Positions 1 to 8,920 are shown, counted from the stretch's first letter. The stretch is 36,449 bases of DNA from Lentisphaerota bacterium (GCA_012800565.1 JAAZIZ010000364.1:1-36449); one strand, 5' to 3'. The notes: generated by a model from the letters alone, not told the origin. A program made the numbers and translations.

Positions 1-43
1 CATAAAGTTGCAATATCCTGTAGTGCAAGACTATTTGCGCCGA

Positions 44-80
44 GAATAAAAAAGCCTCCCGGTGGATTCCAAGAGGCTTT
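44..80 (-). terminator. Rho-independent terminator downstream of tRNA-Val(CAC)
   Basis: An 8-bp stem, AAAGCCTC (51-58) pairing with GAGGCTTT (73-80), encloses a 14-nt loop. Read on the minus strand, the hairpin runs into TTTTTTATTC. It lies 13 nt 3' of the tRNA CCA end. Confidence 0.55.
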
Positions 81-93
81 TGGGATATTTTCA

Positions 94-170
94 TGGTGCG
101 CGCAACAGGATTCGAACCTGTGACCTCTACCGTGTGAAGATAGCGTTCTAACCAACTGAACTATGCGCGC
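94..170 (-). tRNA. tRNA-Val, anticodon CAC, CCA encoded
   Basis: The reverse complement is GCGCGCATAGTTCAGTTGGTTAGAACGCTATCTTCACACGGTAGAGGTCACAGGTTCGAATCCTGTTGCGCGCACCA. It folds as a cloverleaf: 7-bp acceptor stem, D arm GTTC/GAAC, anticodon stem CTATC/GGTAG with loop TTCACAC, and T arm ACAGG/CCTGT with loop TTCGAAT. Confidence 0.93.
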
Positions 171-191
171 TATTGGTGGTCAACTTTTATT

Positions 192-219
192 ACTATAGAG
201 CACTAAACCGGTTTTTCAA
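192..219 (-). promoter_or_regulatory. Candidate sigma70-type promoter for tRNA-Val(CAC)
   Basis: On the minus strand the pattern is TTGAAA (219-214), a 16-nt spacer, then TATAGT (197-192). It ends 21 nt upstream of the mature tRNA 5' end. Confidence 0.4.
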
Positions 220-295
220 ATGCACAACGGTGTTTTCCAAGCAGAAAACCGTATTTCGCCGCGGCAGATTTTTTGCGCAAATCATCAGCTTTGAC

Positions 296-323
296 TTGCC
301 AGAGGCAGGAAGCAAACTATATT
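296..323 (+). promoter_or_regulatory. Candidate sigma70-type promoter for tRNA-Val(UAC)
   Basis: The pattern is TTGCCA (296-301), a 16-nt spacer, then TATATT (318-323). It ends 44 nt upstream of the tRNA 5' end. Confidence 0.35.
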
Positions 324-367
324 ATGGACTCACCTGGATAGTTAAACAGTTATCCGGCACTCTTGTC

Positions 368-444
<77 letters not shown>

Positions 445-451
445 TATAACT

Positions 452-487
452 CCGCTTGAAGCGAACAACTTCAAGCGGTTTTTTATT
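452..487 (+). terminator. Rho-independent terminator after tRNA-Val(UAC)
   Basis: A perfect 10-bp stem, CCGCTTGAAG (452-461) pairing with CTTCAAGCGG (469-478), encloses a 7-nt loop and is followed by TTTTTTATTTT. Confidence 0.8.
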
Positions 488-570
488 TTAGAGTTCTGTA
501 GCGCCTCAAGGTGCGCTGGCAATAAGATGCAAAAATATGCATTCTGCGCGATGCCGGCGCTTTATACTTG

Positions 571-1536
571 TTAATGAAAAAGGGTTGCCGCATTATCAGA
601 GAACAGATTCCGGATTTGTTCCTGAGAGCTGCCCGCCATATCTGCAGCACGCTTCATGGCACGGAGCTGTTCATAAACTACCAGTGTGGCCTGCCCATCG
701 CAGTGACTGCACACCTGGCCCGGCTGGAAGCTCCAGGCCCGTCCCCAGGTGATGTAATTTCCCCGGTCGCTCCCGGCGGCGATATTGTCGCTGCCAAACA
801 GGAGACGGCGAGGATTGAAGTGCTTCAGGAGCAGATAATGCGAGTAGGTATCGCAGACGGCGCTCAGATCGCACCAGACGTTGTCCCCCATCTCGGCCAG
901 TTTCCAGATGGTGTCTTCCAGCATAAAGCTGTTGAAAGCACGGGCGCAGTGCGCCAGAATCCAGGTGACGCGGGGATATTTTTTCGTATAGCGTGCCAGG
1001 TCAGCCTGGTTGGCGGGGTCAGCCAAGCCATTCCGCTTGGAAAGATGGAGGGTAATGATTTTGCCGTAGTGATCGGCGACTGCCATCTGGTCTTCCGGCA
1101 AATAATCGGCAATGGAGCATTCGGCGGGGTCGGCGGCAAAACTCCGGTATGGTTTCAACCCGACAAAACCCTGAGTCAGCAATTCTGCGGTCTGGTCGGC
1201 GGTTGTTTGTGGCGTGACGATGGCGGCTGCCGGCCAGTGATGGTGTTGAGATTCTTGCAGAAGAAAAGCGTTATGACCCTGGATATCGCTATCCCGCAGA
1301 GGTGTTCCCAGGTAGTAGAAGCCCAGTTCCCGGCCGGGGAAGATGATTCGGCTCCACTCTTCCAGGCGCTGGCCATCCACTTCCAGTCGCAAGGTTGACT
1401 GGTACTCCCGGTTGTTTCCGGCATTGGCCTCCTGCCACAGATGACAGTGAGCGTCAAAAACTCGTTCAGGGACGAATGATTCCAGCTCTTTGGCCCAGAT
1501 ATCCTGGTCAAACGCATTACAGGCCGGCGTGAACAT
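571..1536 (-). CDS. Amidohydrolase_2-family metal-dependent TIM-barrel hydrolase (lactonase/decarboxylase-type)
   Basis: The open frame spans 571..1575. Family motifs are FDAHCHLW near the N-terminus, ILAHCARAF in the middle and LLFGSDN near the C-terminus. I placed the start at ATG 1536, which has GGAGG 7 nt upstream. The alternative is GTG 1575, which overlaps the upstream stop as GTGA. Confidence 0.75.
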   Translation of the reverse strand: MFTPACNAFDQDIWAKELESFVPERVFDAHCHLWQEANAGNNREYQSTLRLEVDGQRLEEWSRIIFPGRELGFYYLGTPLRDSDIQGHNAFLLQESQHHHWPAAAIVTPQTTADQTAELLTQGFVGLKPYRSFAADPAECSIADYLPEDQMAVADHYGKIITLHLSKRNGLADPANQADLARYTKKYPRVTWILAHCARAFNSFMLEDTIWKLAEMGDNVWCDLSAVCDTYSHYLLLKHFNPRRLLFGSDNIAAGSDRGNYITWGRAWSFQPGQVCSHCDGQATLVVYEQLRAMKRAADMAGSSQEQIRNLFSDNAATLFH

Positions 1537-1571
1537 CAGCATACCTCCCCTGGTCTGGCGCTGCGATTTGC

Positions 1572-2522
1572 TCACTGAATAAGGATTTCCTGGCCGTGCA
1601 GAGCGCGGCTTTCGATGCCTGCGATGACCAACTTCATCAGTTCGACGGTTTCTTGCCAGGGGAAAGGCCGCACGCCGGTACGAAGGAAGTCGATGAAAGC
1701 AACCAGCTGGCTGCGAAACGAGTTGTAGGAATCGCCGATTTCAATTTTCGTGGTGCGCTTGGTTCCGCCGATAAAGAGTCCGCCCAGGTTGCCGTAGTCA
1801 TAAATGCCGGTAAGGAGCACATCATAGCCATCACGGTGTTTCAGGTGGACGATGTTTCGTTTTTCTGAACCGGTGTTGACCAGGCTGACAAAGCCGGGGC
1901 CGGTGATGGGATAGATTGCCTCCAGGGAGTGGATGCCGTAAGTTTCCCATTTTTTCGGCATGCCATATTGAATCAGGCGCAGTTCGCCGAATTCCTGCAG
2001 TTTGCCATGGTGGAAAGGCACTGTTTCCTTGCAGTATCGCATGCTGCTGGACGAGAGAATGGGATATCCTTCTTCGAAAAGCCGGGTGAAATAGGCAAGG
2101 TCCGCATGGTTGTCGCAGAGGGGTTTATCAATGAATAGCGGGATGCCGGCGGCGATAAAGGGCTTGGCCCGACGGACGTGCTCGCTGCCGATATCCGTGG
2201 CAATAATAACGGCATCCACCTTGCCGATAAGCTCTTCAGACTGGTCTACCACATGAGGAATCAAAGAGAGCCTGGCCACGTGTTCAGCATCCCGGCGCTG
2301 GTCGCAGCAGACATATTCCATACGGGCTCCGGGGATGCCCATTTTCTCGTAGTCCTGCAAATACAGATAGTCAGGAATAGCTGGGAACGGGCATTCTTTT
2401 TGCATGAGTTCCCGGTCGAAGCGGTTGAACATCGCGCTCCAGCTGTACGGATGCCCATTGCCCTCGGTCATGCCTATGATACCTAACCGGATGTTTTGCG
2501 GATCGCTTACAAAGCTTGTCAT
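1572..2522 (-). CDS. Gfo/Idh/MocA-like NAD(P)-dependent oxidoreductase
   Basis: A 316-aa ORF with an N-terminal Rossmann-like segment (IRLGIIGMTEGNGHPYSW) and the overall dehydrogenase layout. It abuts the downstream amidohydrolase. The substrate is unknown. Confidence 0.65.
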   Translation of the reverse strand: MTSFVSDPQNIRLGIIGMTEGNGHPYSWSAMFNRFDRELMQKECPFPAIPDYLYLQDYEKMGIPGARMEYVCCDQRRDAEHVARLSLIPHVVDQSEELIGKVDAVIIATDIGSEHVRRAKPFIAAGIPLFIDKPLCDNHADLAYFTRLFEEGYPILSSSSMRYCKETVPFHHGKLQEFGELRLIQYGMPKKWETYGIHSLEAIYPITGPGFVSLVNTGSEKRNIVHLKHRDGYDVLLTGIYDYGNLGGLFIGGTKRTTKIEIGDSYNSFRSQLVAFIDFLRTGVRPFPWQETVELMKLVIAGIESRALHGQEILIQ

Positions 2523-2641
2523 TTGCCTGTTTTCCCAAGGATTTATGCCACAAAAACGGAACCTGAATGATCTGAAATTAACATATCTCCTGACTGCCGC
2601 AGTTGCAAGGCTGATGCGGACGCGTTATCGCTTCTGATGCA

Positions 2642-3598
2642 TTATCCATTTTCGAGTTGCGCGTAAGCCTGGCGCGAAACATCCGCACAATTCATATATT
2701 CATCTTCGTACTTGGCGAGCACCCCGCGACACGGAAAACACATGTAACCGACGACGCGTTCGAGATTGCGGCTGCAGAAATCAACCAACTGTGGGAAATT
2801 TTCCGGATACATGAAGTTACTGCCGGTCGGCAGCTGATCGTAGCCGAGGCTGTTCAGGTCCAGAAATCCCTGGACACGCTCAGCCTGTTGGTTTTTGGCG
2901 GGGTCCAGCTCAAAGGTCGTACCGTAATACCAATTGCTCTGCAACACATACTTGGGCATGTTCGCGGCAAATTCGGCCAAGTCGGTGTGCCAGATTTTAT
3001 CAGACCAGACCCAGGGACGGGAACCGGCGAATTTCACACATTCAGCCAGAAAATTGACGTCATGCCACCAAAGGCCGCGCCGCCGGATGACGATGTATTC
3101 GTAAAATTGCTGATTGACGTAATCCTCTTCGTCCATACCGAGATGAAAAAAACGCGGCCCCCCGAAAAGTTCAACAGTTTCATCAATCAGGTCGCGGCAG
3201 CAATGATAGTATTCGGCCGTCGAAAGCATCCGACTGTAGCGTCCCAACCATGCGTCATGGCAACTCGAAAAATTGAGTTTGGGCAGCGGTTCCAGTCCAA
3301 GGTCCCGGCAGCGTTCGAGGATTTCATGATATTGCTGTAAAGACAACGCGTCAGGCAGTCCGACATCGGGACGACTCTTGAATTTCACGGAATCCCCGAC
3401 ATCAAACAGAACGGCGTTGAGTCCGCAGGCACTCATTTTTTCAAGAATCCTCTGCAACACCGCCAGGTCGCAATTGAAAAAAGGCCGAAAATAGCGGGTT
3501 CGAATCCGGGGAAATTCCTCCAGAACCGATTCGGGCGGAATGCAATCTTCCCAGAAATTATTGGAAGTTCTCACCAATATCGTTTTAAGCAGTTCCAT
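2642..3598 (-). CDS. Hypothetical cytoplasmic protein, possible (beta/alpha)8 glycoside-hydrolase-like fold
   Basis: The open frame spans 2642..3610, and ATG 3598 (MELLKTIL) is preferred over TTG 3610. There is no signal peptide. FHLGMDEE resembles the H-x-G-x-D-E strand of GH20-like TIM-barrel hydrolases, but nothing else is recognisable. It is the first gene of a three-gene minus-strand cassette. Confidence 0.55.
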   Translation of the reverse strand: MELLKTILVRTSNNFWEDCIPPESVLEEFPRIRTRYFRPFFNCDLAVLQRILEKMSACGLNAVLFDVGDSVKFKSRPDVGLPDALSLQQYHEILERCRDLGLEPLPKLNFSSCHDAWLGRYSRMLSTAEYYHCCRDLIDETVELFGGPRFFHLGMDEEDYVNQQFYEYIVIRRRGLWWHDVNFLAECVKFAGSRPWVWSDKIWHTDLAEFAANMPKYVLQSNWYYGTTFELDPAKNQQAERVQGFLDLNSLGYDQLPTGSNFMYPENFPQLVDFCSRNLERVVGYMCFPCRGVLAKYEDEYMNCADVSRQAYAQLENG

Positions 3599-3836
3599 AC
3601 TGATTTCCAAGTCAAAGGTTTAGAAGATAATCTCTCACTGCATAAAATATACCACTAAATATGCACAAAAACAAACCAGGCGATGCCGAAAATCTTGTGT
3701 CAAAAAATAGAAATAACTATCTGCGGCTGGTTTATTTTTTGTCAAGTCCGCTTATATTATCAGGATGTAATGGGGCCGTCCTCAGGCTGAAGCCTGAGGT
3801 TAAGCATGGTTAAGCGCCTGCGGCGCAAGGCGTTAG

Positions 3837-3911
3837 GCCAATGCAACGTGTGCGGCGCAGGGTGTTAGGCCAATAAAACACCCATGGCATATAACTTTAC
3901 GCCAATGCAAC
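3837..3911. repeat. Three copies of GCCAAT(G/A)(C/A)AAC at an exact 32-bp period
   Basis: GCCAATGCAAC starts at 3837 and again at 3901, and the variant GCCAATAAAAC starts at 3869. These lie in the 412-nt intergenic region upstream of the 4011 gene. GGTTAAGC (two copies) and GTTAGGCC (two copies) occur just upstream or overlapping. Confidence 0.6.
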
Positions 3912-4010
3912 ACGCGCGTATTGCCCTCTGTTTTCCATACAGGAGAGTGACCCGTCATTATTAAGCTTTGCGACCATTTCAAATCATTCATTCCAGCATC
4001 AGAGAGCGTT

Positions 4011-7000
4011 ATGTCAGTCCTGTTCCGTACCATATTTTTTCTGCTTGCCTGCTTCTGTCTGCAAGCGTCATTTTCCCAGTCGGCGGATGGTCTGCTGGAT
4101 ATGCCGCGTCTGCGCTCAGTACTCTCGGAGACCACCCTTGAGGCGTATCCGGATGCTGACGATGTGATGATCGATGATTACATCCAGGTCCGTTATGAGG
4201 CAGACGGCACCTCGGTGACCTGGGATGACACCCTGGTCAAGGTACTCACCCAGAAAGGGCGCGACGACAACCGGAGCATCCGGCTGTATTTCCACGCCGG
4301 GTACGGTACCGCGGAATTCATTTTTGTCCAGGTCATCAAGGCGGACGGGAGCGTAGTTTCGGTTGATTTGGCGAAACAATCCCAAGTGATGATTGACCGT
4401 TCCCAGATGAGCTCCAACATCTACGATCCACAGCATAAGATAAACCAGGTGAACATTCCTGCTTTGGAGATTGGTGATGCGGTGCGCTACTACACCTGCC
4501 GGAAAATATTCAAAGCCCGTGTCCCTGACACTTTCAGTGATTTTCAGGTCTTGGAATACACCAGCCCCATCAGACATGCGAGCTACGAGGTCAATGCTCC
4601 CGCCGAATTGCCTTTGCGCAGCATTGTGCTTAAAGATGAGATTCCCGGCACCGTCAGCCGGGCTGAGACGAACCTGCCCGATGGCCGGCTGCAGTACCAG
4701 TGGACCATCAAGGATGTGCCGCAGGCTTTCCGTGAGCCAGCCATGCCCAGCCTGCACACGGTGGTGCAGCGGCTGCTGATCAGCACGGTACCGAGCTGGG
4801 AAGACATCTCCCGGTGGTACTGGAAGCTTTGCGAACCGCATCTGGCCCTGACCCCTGACATGAAAGCCAAGGTCGCGGAGCTGATCCGGGGCGAGAGTGA
4901 ATCTGCGGGGAAAATCCAAGCCATCTTCCGTTTTGTCTCGCAGGAAATCCGCTATATGGGCCTGACCTTGGAGACTGAGGCTCCCGGATATGAACCGCAC
5001 GATGTGAGCCAGACTTTTGAGAACCGTCACGGTGTCTGCCGTGACAAGGCCGCGCTGCTGGCAGCGCTGCTGCGCGAAGCCGGTCTGGACGCTTATCCGG
5101 TGCTGTTTTATGCCGGTCCCAAGAAAGACCACGAGGTACCGCAGCCTTTTTTCAACCATGCGGTTACGGCAGTGCGCAAAGCGAATGGCCAGTATCTGCT
5201 GATGGACTCCACCGACGAGCACACCAAGGACCTGTTTCCCTCTTATTTGGCCGATATGAGTTATCTGGTGGCGCATCCGGACGGCGAGGCCCTGCAGACC
5301 TCACCTGCTTCGCCCTACACCGAGAACCTGGCTCGGATCAAGACCAGCGGCAAGATTGCTGCCAATGGCGATTTTACCTGCGAGAGCCGGATACAGCTGC
5401 AGGGCATCAATGACAATGCCTATCGCAGTATGTTGCTGCGGCGGACACCGCCGGAACGGGAATTGTTTTTTGCCACGGTCCTGAAAGGTCTGGTGCCCGG
5501 GGCGGAGCTGCGCCGCCTGGAAGTACTGCCGGCGGATTTGCAGGATACCAGCAGGCCGCTGGAGGTGAGTCTGAGTTTTTCGGCCCCGGAGATTCTGATC
5601 CGGAACGACGATACCGCGATGTTGCGCCTGCCGCGCCTCTCGGCGGTCATCGGATATGTGAACTTTGCGCTGGAGCAGGCCGGGCTGGAGAAACGTCGTT
5701 TTCCGTTCAAGACCCAGGTTGCCTGCGGAGTCATGGAAGAAGGCAGTTACGAGCTGGACAGCGCCTGGGGCCAGGCCTTGTCATTACCCAAATTCATCCA
5801 GATCGACAATGACTGCCTGCGCTGGCAGCGTGAATTGAAATTCATCCGCGGGATACTGTCTTTCAGCAATGAATTCTCTCTGAAGACCCTGGAATTTTCT
5901 CCGGCGCAGTATTTGGAATTAAAGCAGACCCTGCGCAGTATTGAGGCCAACAACCGCAAGCGTCCGATTTTCGCCTGCCTGCCGGATGATTCAGCCCCCC
6001 TGCCCCCAAGTCCTGCTGAGCTGGTGGATGCTGCCGATGCGGTAGTGCTGTCCGACAGCTGGGATTATGAACTGGAAGATGCTCAGAACTGGACCCTGGT
6101 CCGCAAAGTCAAGAAAAAAATCCTGACTTACAATGGTCTGAAGAACAATTCCGAATTGAAATTAGACTACAATCCTGCTTGGGAGGAGGTCAGGCTGGAC
6201 AGCGCCAGCGTCCGCAATGATGCGCAGTTGCAGAAAATCAGTGCGGAAGAACAGAATCTGATGGATGCCGCCTGGGTCGCTGCCGCTCCGCGTTATCCTG
6301 GGGCGAAGACTCTGGTAATCAGCCTGCCCGGAGTCAAACTGGGCAGCGTCATTGAGTACCAGTACAGCAAGACTGTCCGAGGCTATCCTTTCTTCAGCGT
6401 CCAGTTGCCCTTCCAAGGTTTTGATCCGGTAGAAACACGCGAATTGCGCATCAGCTTGCCGCAAAAATTCAAGTTGCAGTGGTCGGTATATCAGGATGGT
6501 TTTTTGCGGCAGCGGGACCGTCTGCGGGGTGAGAACATCATCCATAAGTCGCGCTCCTTGGGCAGTCGCGAGATTCACACCTGGTCCTGCGGACCGCAGC
6601 CGGCAGTGACGCGGGAGCGCGATCTGCCGCTGCCGCAGGCTTTTTTGCCGACTGTAGTGGCCAACCTTGATGGCTGGGATGAATACCGCGAGCAGTTGCA
6701 GAAAGCACTGTCGTTCGCGGCCCAGGGAAGCAAGGAGACTCGTCTGCTGGTGCAGAGCATCCGCCAGCAGACGGAGGAGCGCCGTCTGCTGGCGGTCCGC
6801 AACCACATTGAGCGGGCGGTCCGCCGGGCCGGCCCGGCTTTTACCGCCCTGCCCTGGTACTGCATGTCACCAGCCGACACCACTTGGACGGATGGATACG
6901 GGCACTCTGCCGACCTGGCGGCGTTGTACTACAGCGTCCTGCAGGAGCTTGGGTATAAGCCCGAGTTCGTGCTGACAACAGCAGCGCCCCAGGACCCCAG

Positions 7001-7841
7001 GATGGAAAAGTTCTCCCAGCGCCATCCCGACCCGGATAATTTTTCTGCGGTCTTGGTCCGGGTAAAGACTGCCGCCGGTGATGTCTGGTTTAATGATCTG
7101 GACCAATATTCCCGGCTGGGCAGCAGCAGTTACCATGACTGCCAGGCGATGCTGTTGCGCACGGGGAAATTCTTCCGGATTGAGTTAGCGCCAGAGGCGC
7201 GCAGTCGGACTCGTCGGGTCGTGACCTTGAACATGATGCCTGGCGGTGCCGCTGAAATCACCCTGAACAACCTCTTCTCCGGGGAGGATTTCGCGGTCCG
7301 GAACAAATTCTACTCCCAGCTGCCGCCGGAGGAGCGCCGGCGGCACTACCAGAGCCTGATTGCTGCGTTGTCACAGTCGGCCCAGGCCAGCAGCGAACTG
7401 AATACCGATTTTGACAGCTACCCCGGAGTGGAGAGATACACCGCCCTGGTACAGGATTTTGCCACTCTGGAGGATGATTTCTGCTACTTCGAATTCCCTT
7501 TCAGCCTGCAGGGGCTGCTGCGTCTCTGGGGGTCTGAGCGCAAGGAGCCGTATTTTCTGTCCGGCTCCCGGCCACAAGAACTGGAGATCAGCATCCGTCT
7601 GCCCAGCGATTACCGCGAGATGGTGCTCTGCCCTGAGGATTTTCGCTGGCAGTCGCCTGCCAATGACAGTTGGGTCCGAATCCGGCGGCAAAAAACCAGC
7701 AGTACAGGGGTTCTGCGGTTCCGTCTGGAGGCGGAAATCTCGCCGGAAGTGTTCACTGTGCAGGACTACCCTGTCCTGCAGGAATTGGAGAAGCAGCTCT
7801 CTCATCCGGCCAACCGTACCATTCTGCTGCGAAAGCGTTGA
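4011..7841 (+). CDS. Secreted DUF3857 / transglutaminase-like cysteine protease / DUF3858 protein, internally duplicated (two modules)
   Basis: A 1276-aa ORF with an N-terminal signal peptide (MSVLFRTIFFLLACFCLQASFSQSA). Module 1 carries a transglutaminase-core triad: GVCRD (Cys codon 5037-5039), FFNHAV and LLMDSTD. Module 2, from about nt 6015, repeats the same architecture with a degenerate core (GHSAD, NFSAV, WFNDLD). Confidence 0.88.
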   Translation: MSVLFRTIFFLLACFCLQASFSQSADGLLDMPRLRSVLSETTLEAYPDADDVMIDDYIQVRYEADGTSVTWDDTLVKVLTQKGRDDNRSIRLYFHAGYGTAEFIFVQVIKADGSVVSVDLAKQSQVMIDRSQMSSNIYDPQHKINQVNIPALEIGDAVRYYTCRKIFKARVPDTFSDFQVLEYTSPIRHASYEVNAPAELPLRSIVLKDEIPGTVSRAETNLPDGRLQYQWTIKDVPQAFREPAMPSLHTVVQRLLISTVPSWEDISRWYWKLCEPHLALTPDMKAKVAELIRGESESAGKIQAIFRFVSQEIRYMGLTLETEAPGYEPHDVSQTFENRHGVCRDKAALLAALLREAGLDAYPVLFYAGPKKDHEVPQPFFNHAVTAVRKANGQYLLMDSTDEHTKDLFPSYLADMSYLVAHPDGEALQTSPASPYTENLARIKTSGKIAANGDFTCESRIQLQGINDNAYRSMLLRRTPPERELFFATVLKGLVPGAELRRLEVLPADLQDTSRPLEVSLSFSAPEILIRNDDTAMLRLPRLSAVIGYVNFALEQAGLEKRRFPFKTQVACGVMEEGSYELDSAWGQALSLPKFIQIDNDCLRWQRELKFIRGILSFSNEFSLKTLEFSPAQYLELKQTLRSIEANNRKRPIFACLPDDSAPLPPSPAELVDAADAVVLSDSWDYELEDAQNWTLVRKVKKKILTYNGLKNNSELKLDYNPAWEEVRLDSASVRNDAQLQKISAEEQNLMDAAWVAAAPRYPGAKTLVISLPGVKLGSVIEYQYSKTVRGYPFFSVQLPFQGFDPVETRELRISLPQKFKLQWSVYQDGFLRQRDRLRGENIIHKSRSLGSREIHTWSCGPQPAVTRERDLPLPQAFLPTVVANLDGWDEYREQLQKALSFAAQGSKETRLLVQSIRQQTEERRLLAVRNHIERAVRRAGPAFTALPWYCMSPADTTWTDGYGHSADLAALYYSVLQELGYKPEFVLTTAAPQDPRMEKFSQRHPDPDNFSAVLVRVKTAAGDVWFNDLDQYSRLGSSSYHDCQAMLLRTGKFFRIELAPEARSRTRRVVTLNMMPGGAAEITLNNLFSGEDFAVRNKFYSQLPPEERRRHYQSLIAALSQSAQASSELNTDFDSYPGVERYTALVQDFATLEDDFCYFEFPFSLQGLLRLWGSERKEPYFLSGSRPQELEISIRLPSDYREMVLCPEDFRWQSPANDSWVRIRRQKTSSTGVLRFRLEAEISPEVFTVQDYPVLQELEKQLSHPANRTILLRKR

Positions 7842-7851
7842 TTTAGTCCTT

Positions 7852-8844
7852 ATGCCGTTAATTGAAGAATCAAGTTACAATGCGCCGCTGTTCTGCAGCA
7901 ACGCACATTTGCAGACCGTAATTCCCAGTTTTTTTCGACAAGAAGCACCAGTTGACTACGAGCGCGAGTGTTTTGCCACTCCCGACGGCGACTGCCTGTA
8001 TCTTGACTGGGCCCGTTGCGGGCACCAGACTGAGGATTTGCTGATCATCAGCCACGGTCTCTGTGGCCACACCAACCGGCACTATGTGCTGAGTCTGGTC
8101 AGGAGTTTCCAGGCTCTGGGAATCGACTGCATGGCCTGGAACTATCGCGGCACCGGCCAATGCCCGAACCGGCTGCTCAAGATGACTACCAGCAATTCCA
8201 CCGATGAACTGGACTGGGTCACCCGGCACGCATTGCAGCGCGGGCACTACCGGCGGGTATATCAGGCCGGATACAGCATGGGGGCGAATCTCTGCCTGTT
8301 GTATCTCGGGCGCGAGGCGTCCTCACTGCCGGCCGAGGTGGTTGCCGGCATCGCTTTCTGCGCGACCATCGACCTGCCGGTCTGCAGCGCACTGATGGAT
8401 ACACCGCCCGGCTTGTTCTACTGCCGGTACTTTCTGAAGAAACTTGAGAAAATGCTGCTGGCCAAGAAACAGCAGTTCCCTGACCACATTGACCTGGACA
8501 AGATGCGGAGAGTCAGAAATTTTGCCGACTTTGACAACGCCTACACTGCCCCGATCATGGGGTTTCGGGATGCCATGGATTACTGGCAGACCGCCAGTGC
8601 CTGGTGCTGGCTGGACAAGATTAACGTACCCGTGTTGATGGTTCAGCCCCTCAATGATCCGTTTTTGGGCGGGGAATGCTACCCGCATGAGATAGCCCGC
8701 AAGAGCGAGGCGGTTTTTCTGGAGACACCGCGCAGTGGAGGACATTGTGGTTTTATGACTCCCAAAGGGCAGGAATGGTGGCCTGCCGCCAGAGCCAAGC
8801 AGTTCGTGCAGGAAATTGTTCAACCGCCCCTGGCAGGGAATTGA
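7852..8844 (+). CDS. Alpha/beta-fold hydrolase, YheT/ABHD1-3-like
   Basis: The ATG at 7852 lies 10 nt after the upstream stop. The longer frame from 7411 overlaps the preceding gene and is rejected. The nucleophile elbow is GYSMG. The HGLCGH segment and the C-terminal GGHCGF are typical of the YheT family. Confidence 0.8.
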   Translation: MPLIEESSYNAPLFCSNAHLQTVIPSFFRQEAPVDYERECFATPDGDCLYLDWARCGHQTEDLLIISHGLCGHTNRHYVLSLVRSFQALGIDCMAWNYRGTGQCPNRLLKMTTSNSTDELDWVTRHALQRGHYRRVYQAGYSMGANLCLLYLGREASSLPAEVVAGIAFCATIDLPVCSALMDTPPGLFYCRYFLKKLEKMLLAKKQQFPDHIDLDKMRRVRNFADFDNAYTAPIMGFRDAMDYWQTASAWCWLDKINVPVLMVQPLNDPFLGGECYPHEIARKSEAVFLETPRSGGHCGFMTPKGQEWWPAARAKQFVQEIVQPPLAGN

Positions 8845-8920
8845 TGTTTCCGGTTGGTTTACCGTACAGTCCGGCTGCGGCGCACCTGCAATCAAGCAGA
8901 AACAACACAAGGAGGCACAC

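Noticed and set aside
568-1398. 276-aa plus-strand ORF
   Set aside because: It is antisense to the amidohydrolase gene, which has clear family motifs. It is a shadow ORF typical of GC-rich DNA.
3833-4135. 100-aa minus-strand ORF spanning the start of the 4011 gene
   Set aside because: It overlaps the signal-peptide-encoding start of a well-supported gene on the opposite strand and covers the intergenic repeat cluster. It has no SD or motifs.
4116-5276. 386-aa minus-strand ORF (also 6162-6806, 6575-6883 and 7371-7805 on the minus strand)
   Set aside because: All of these are antisense shadows inside the 1276-aa transglutaminase-like gene. Their composition is Arg/Gly/Leu-rich with no motifs.
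7411-7851. 147-codon upstream extension of the YheT-type hydrolase frame
   Set aside because: It overlaps the 3' end of the preceding gene in another frame and is Arg/Cys/Ser-rich. The hydrolase homology starts at the ATG at 7852.
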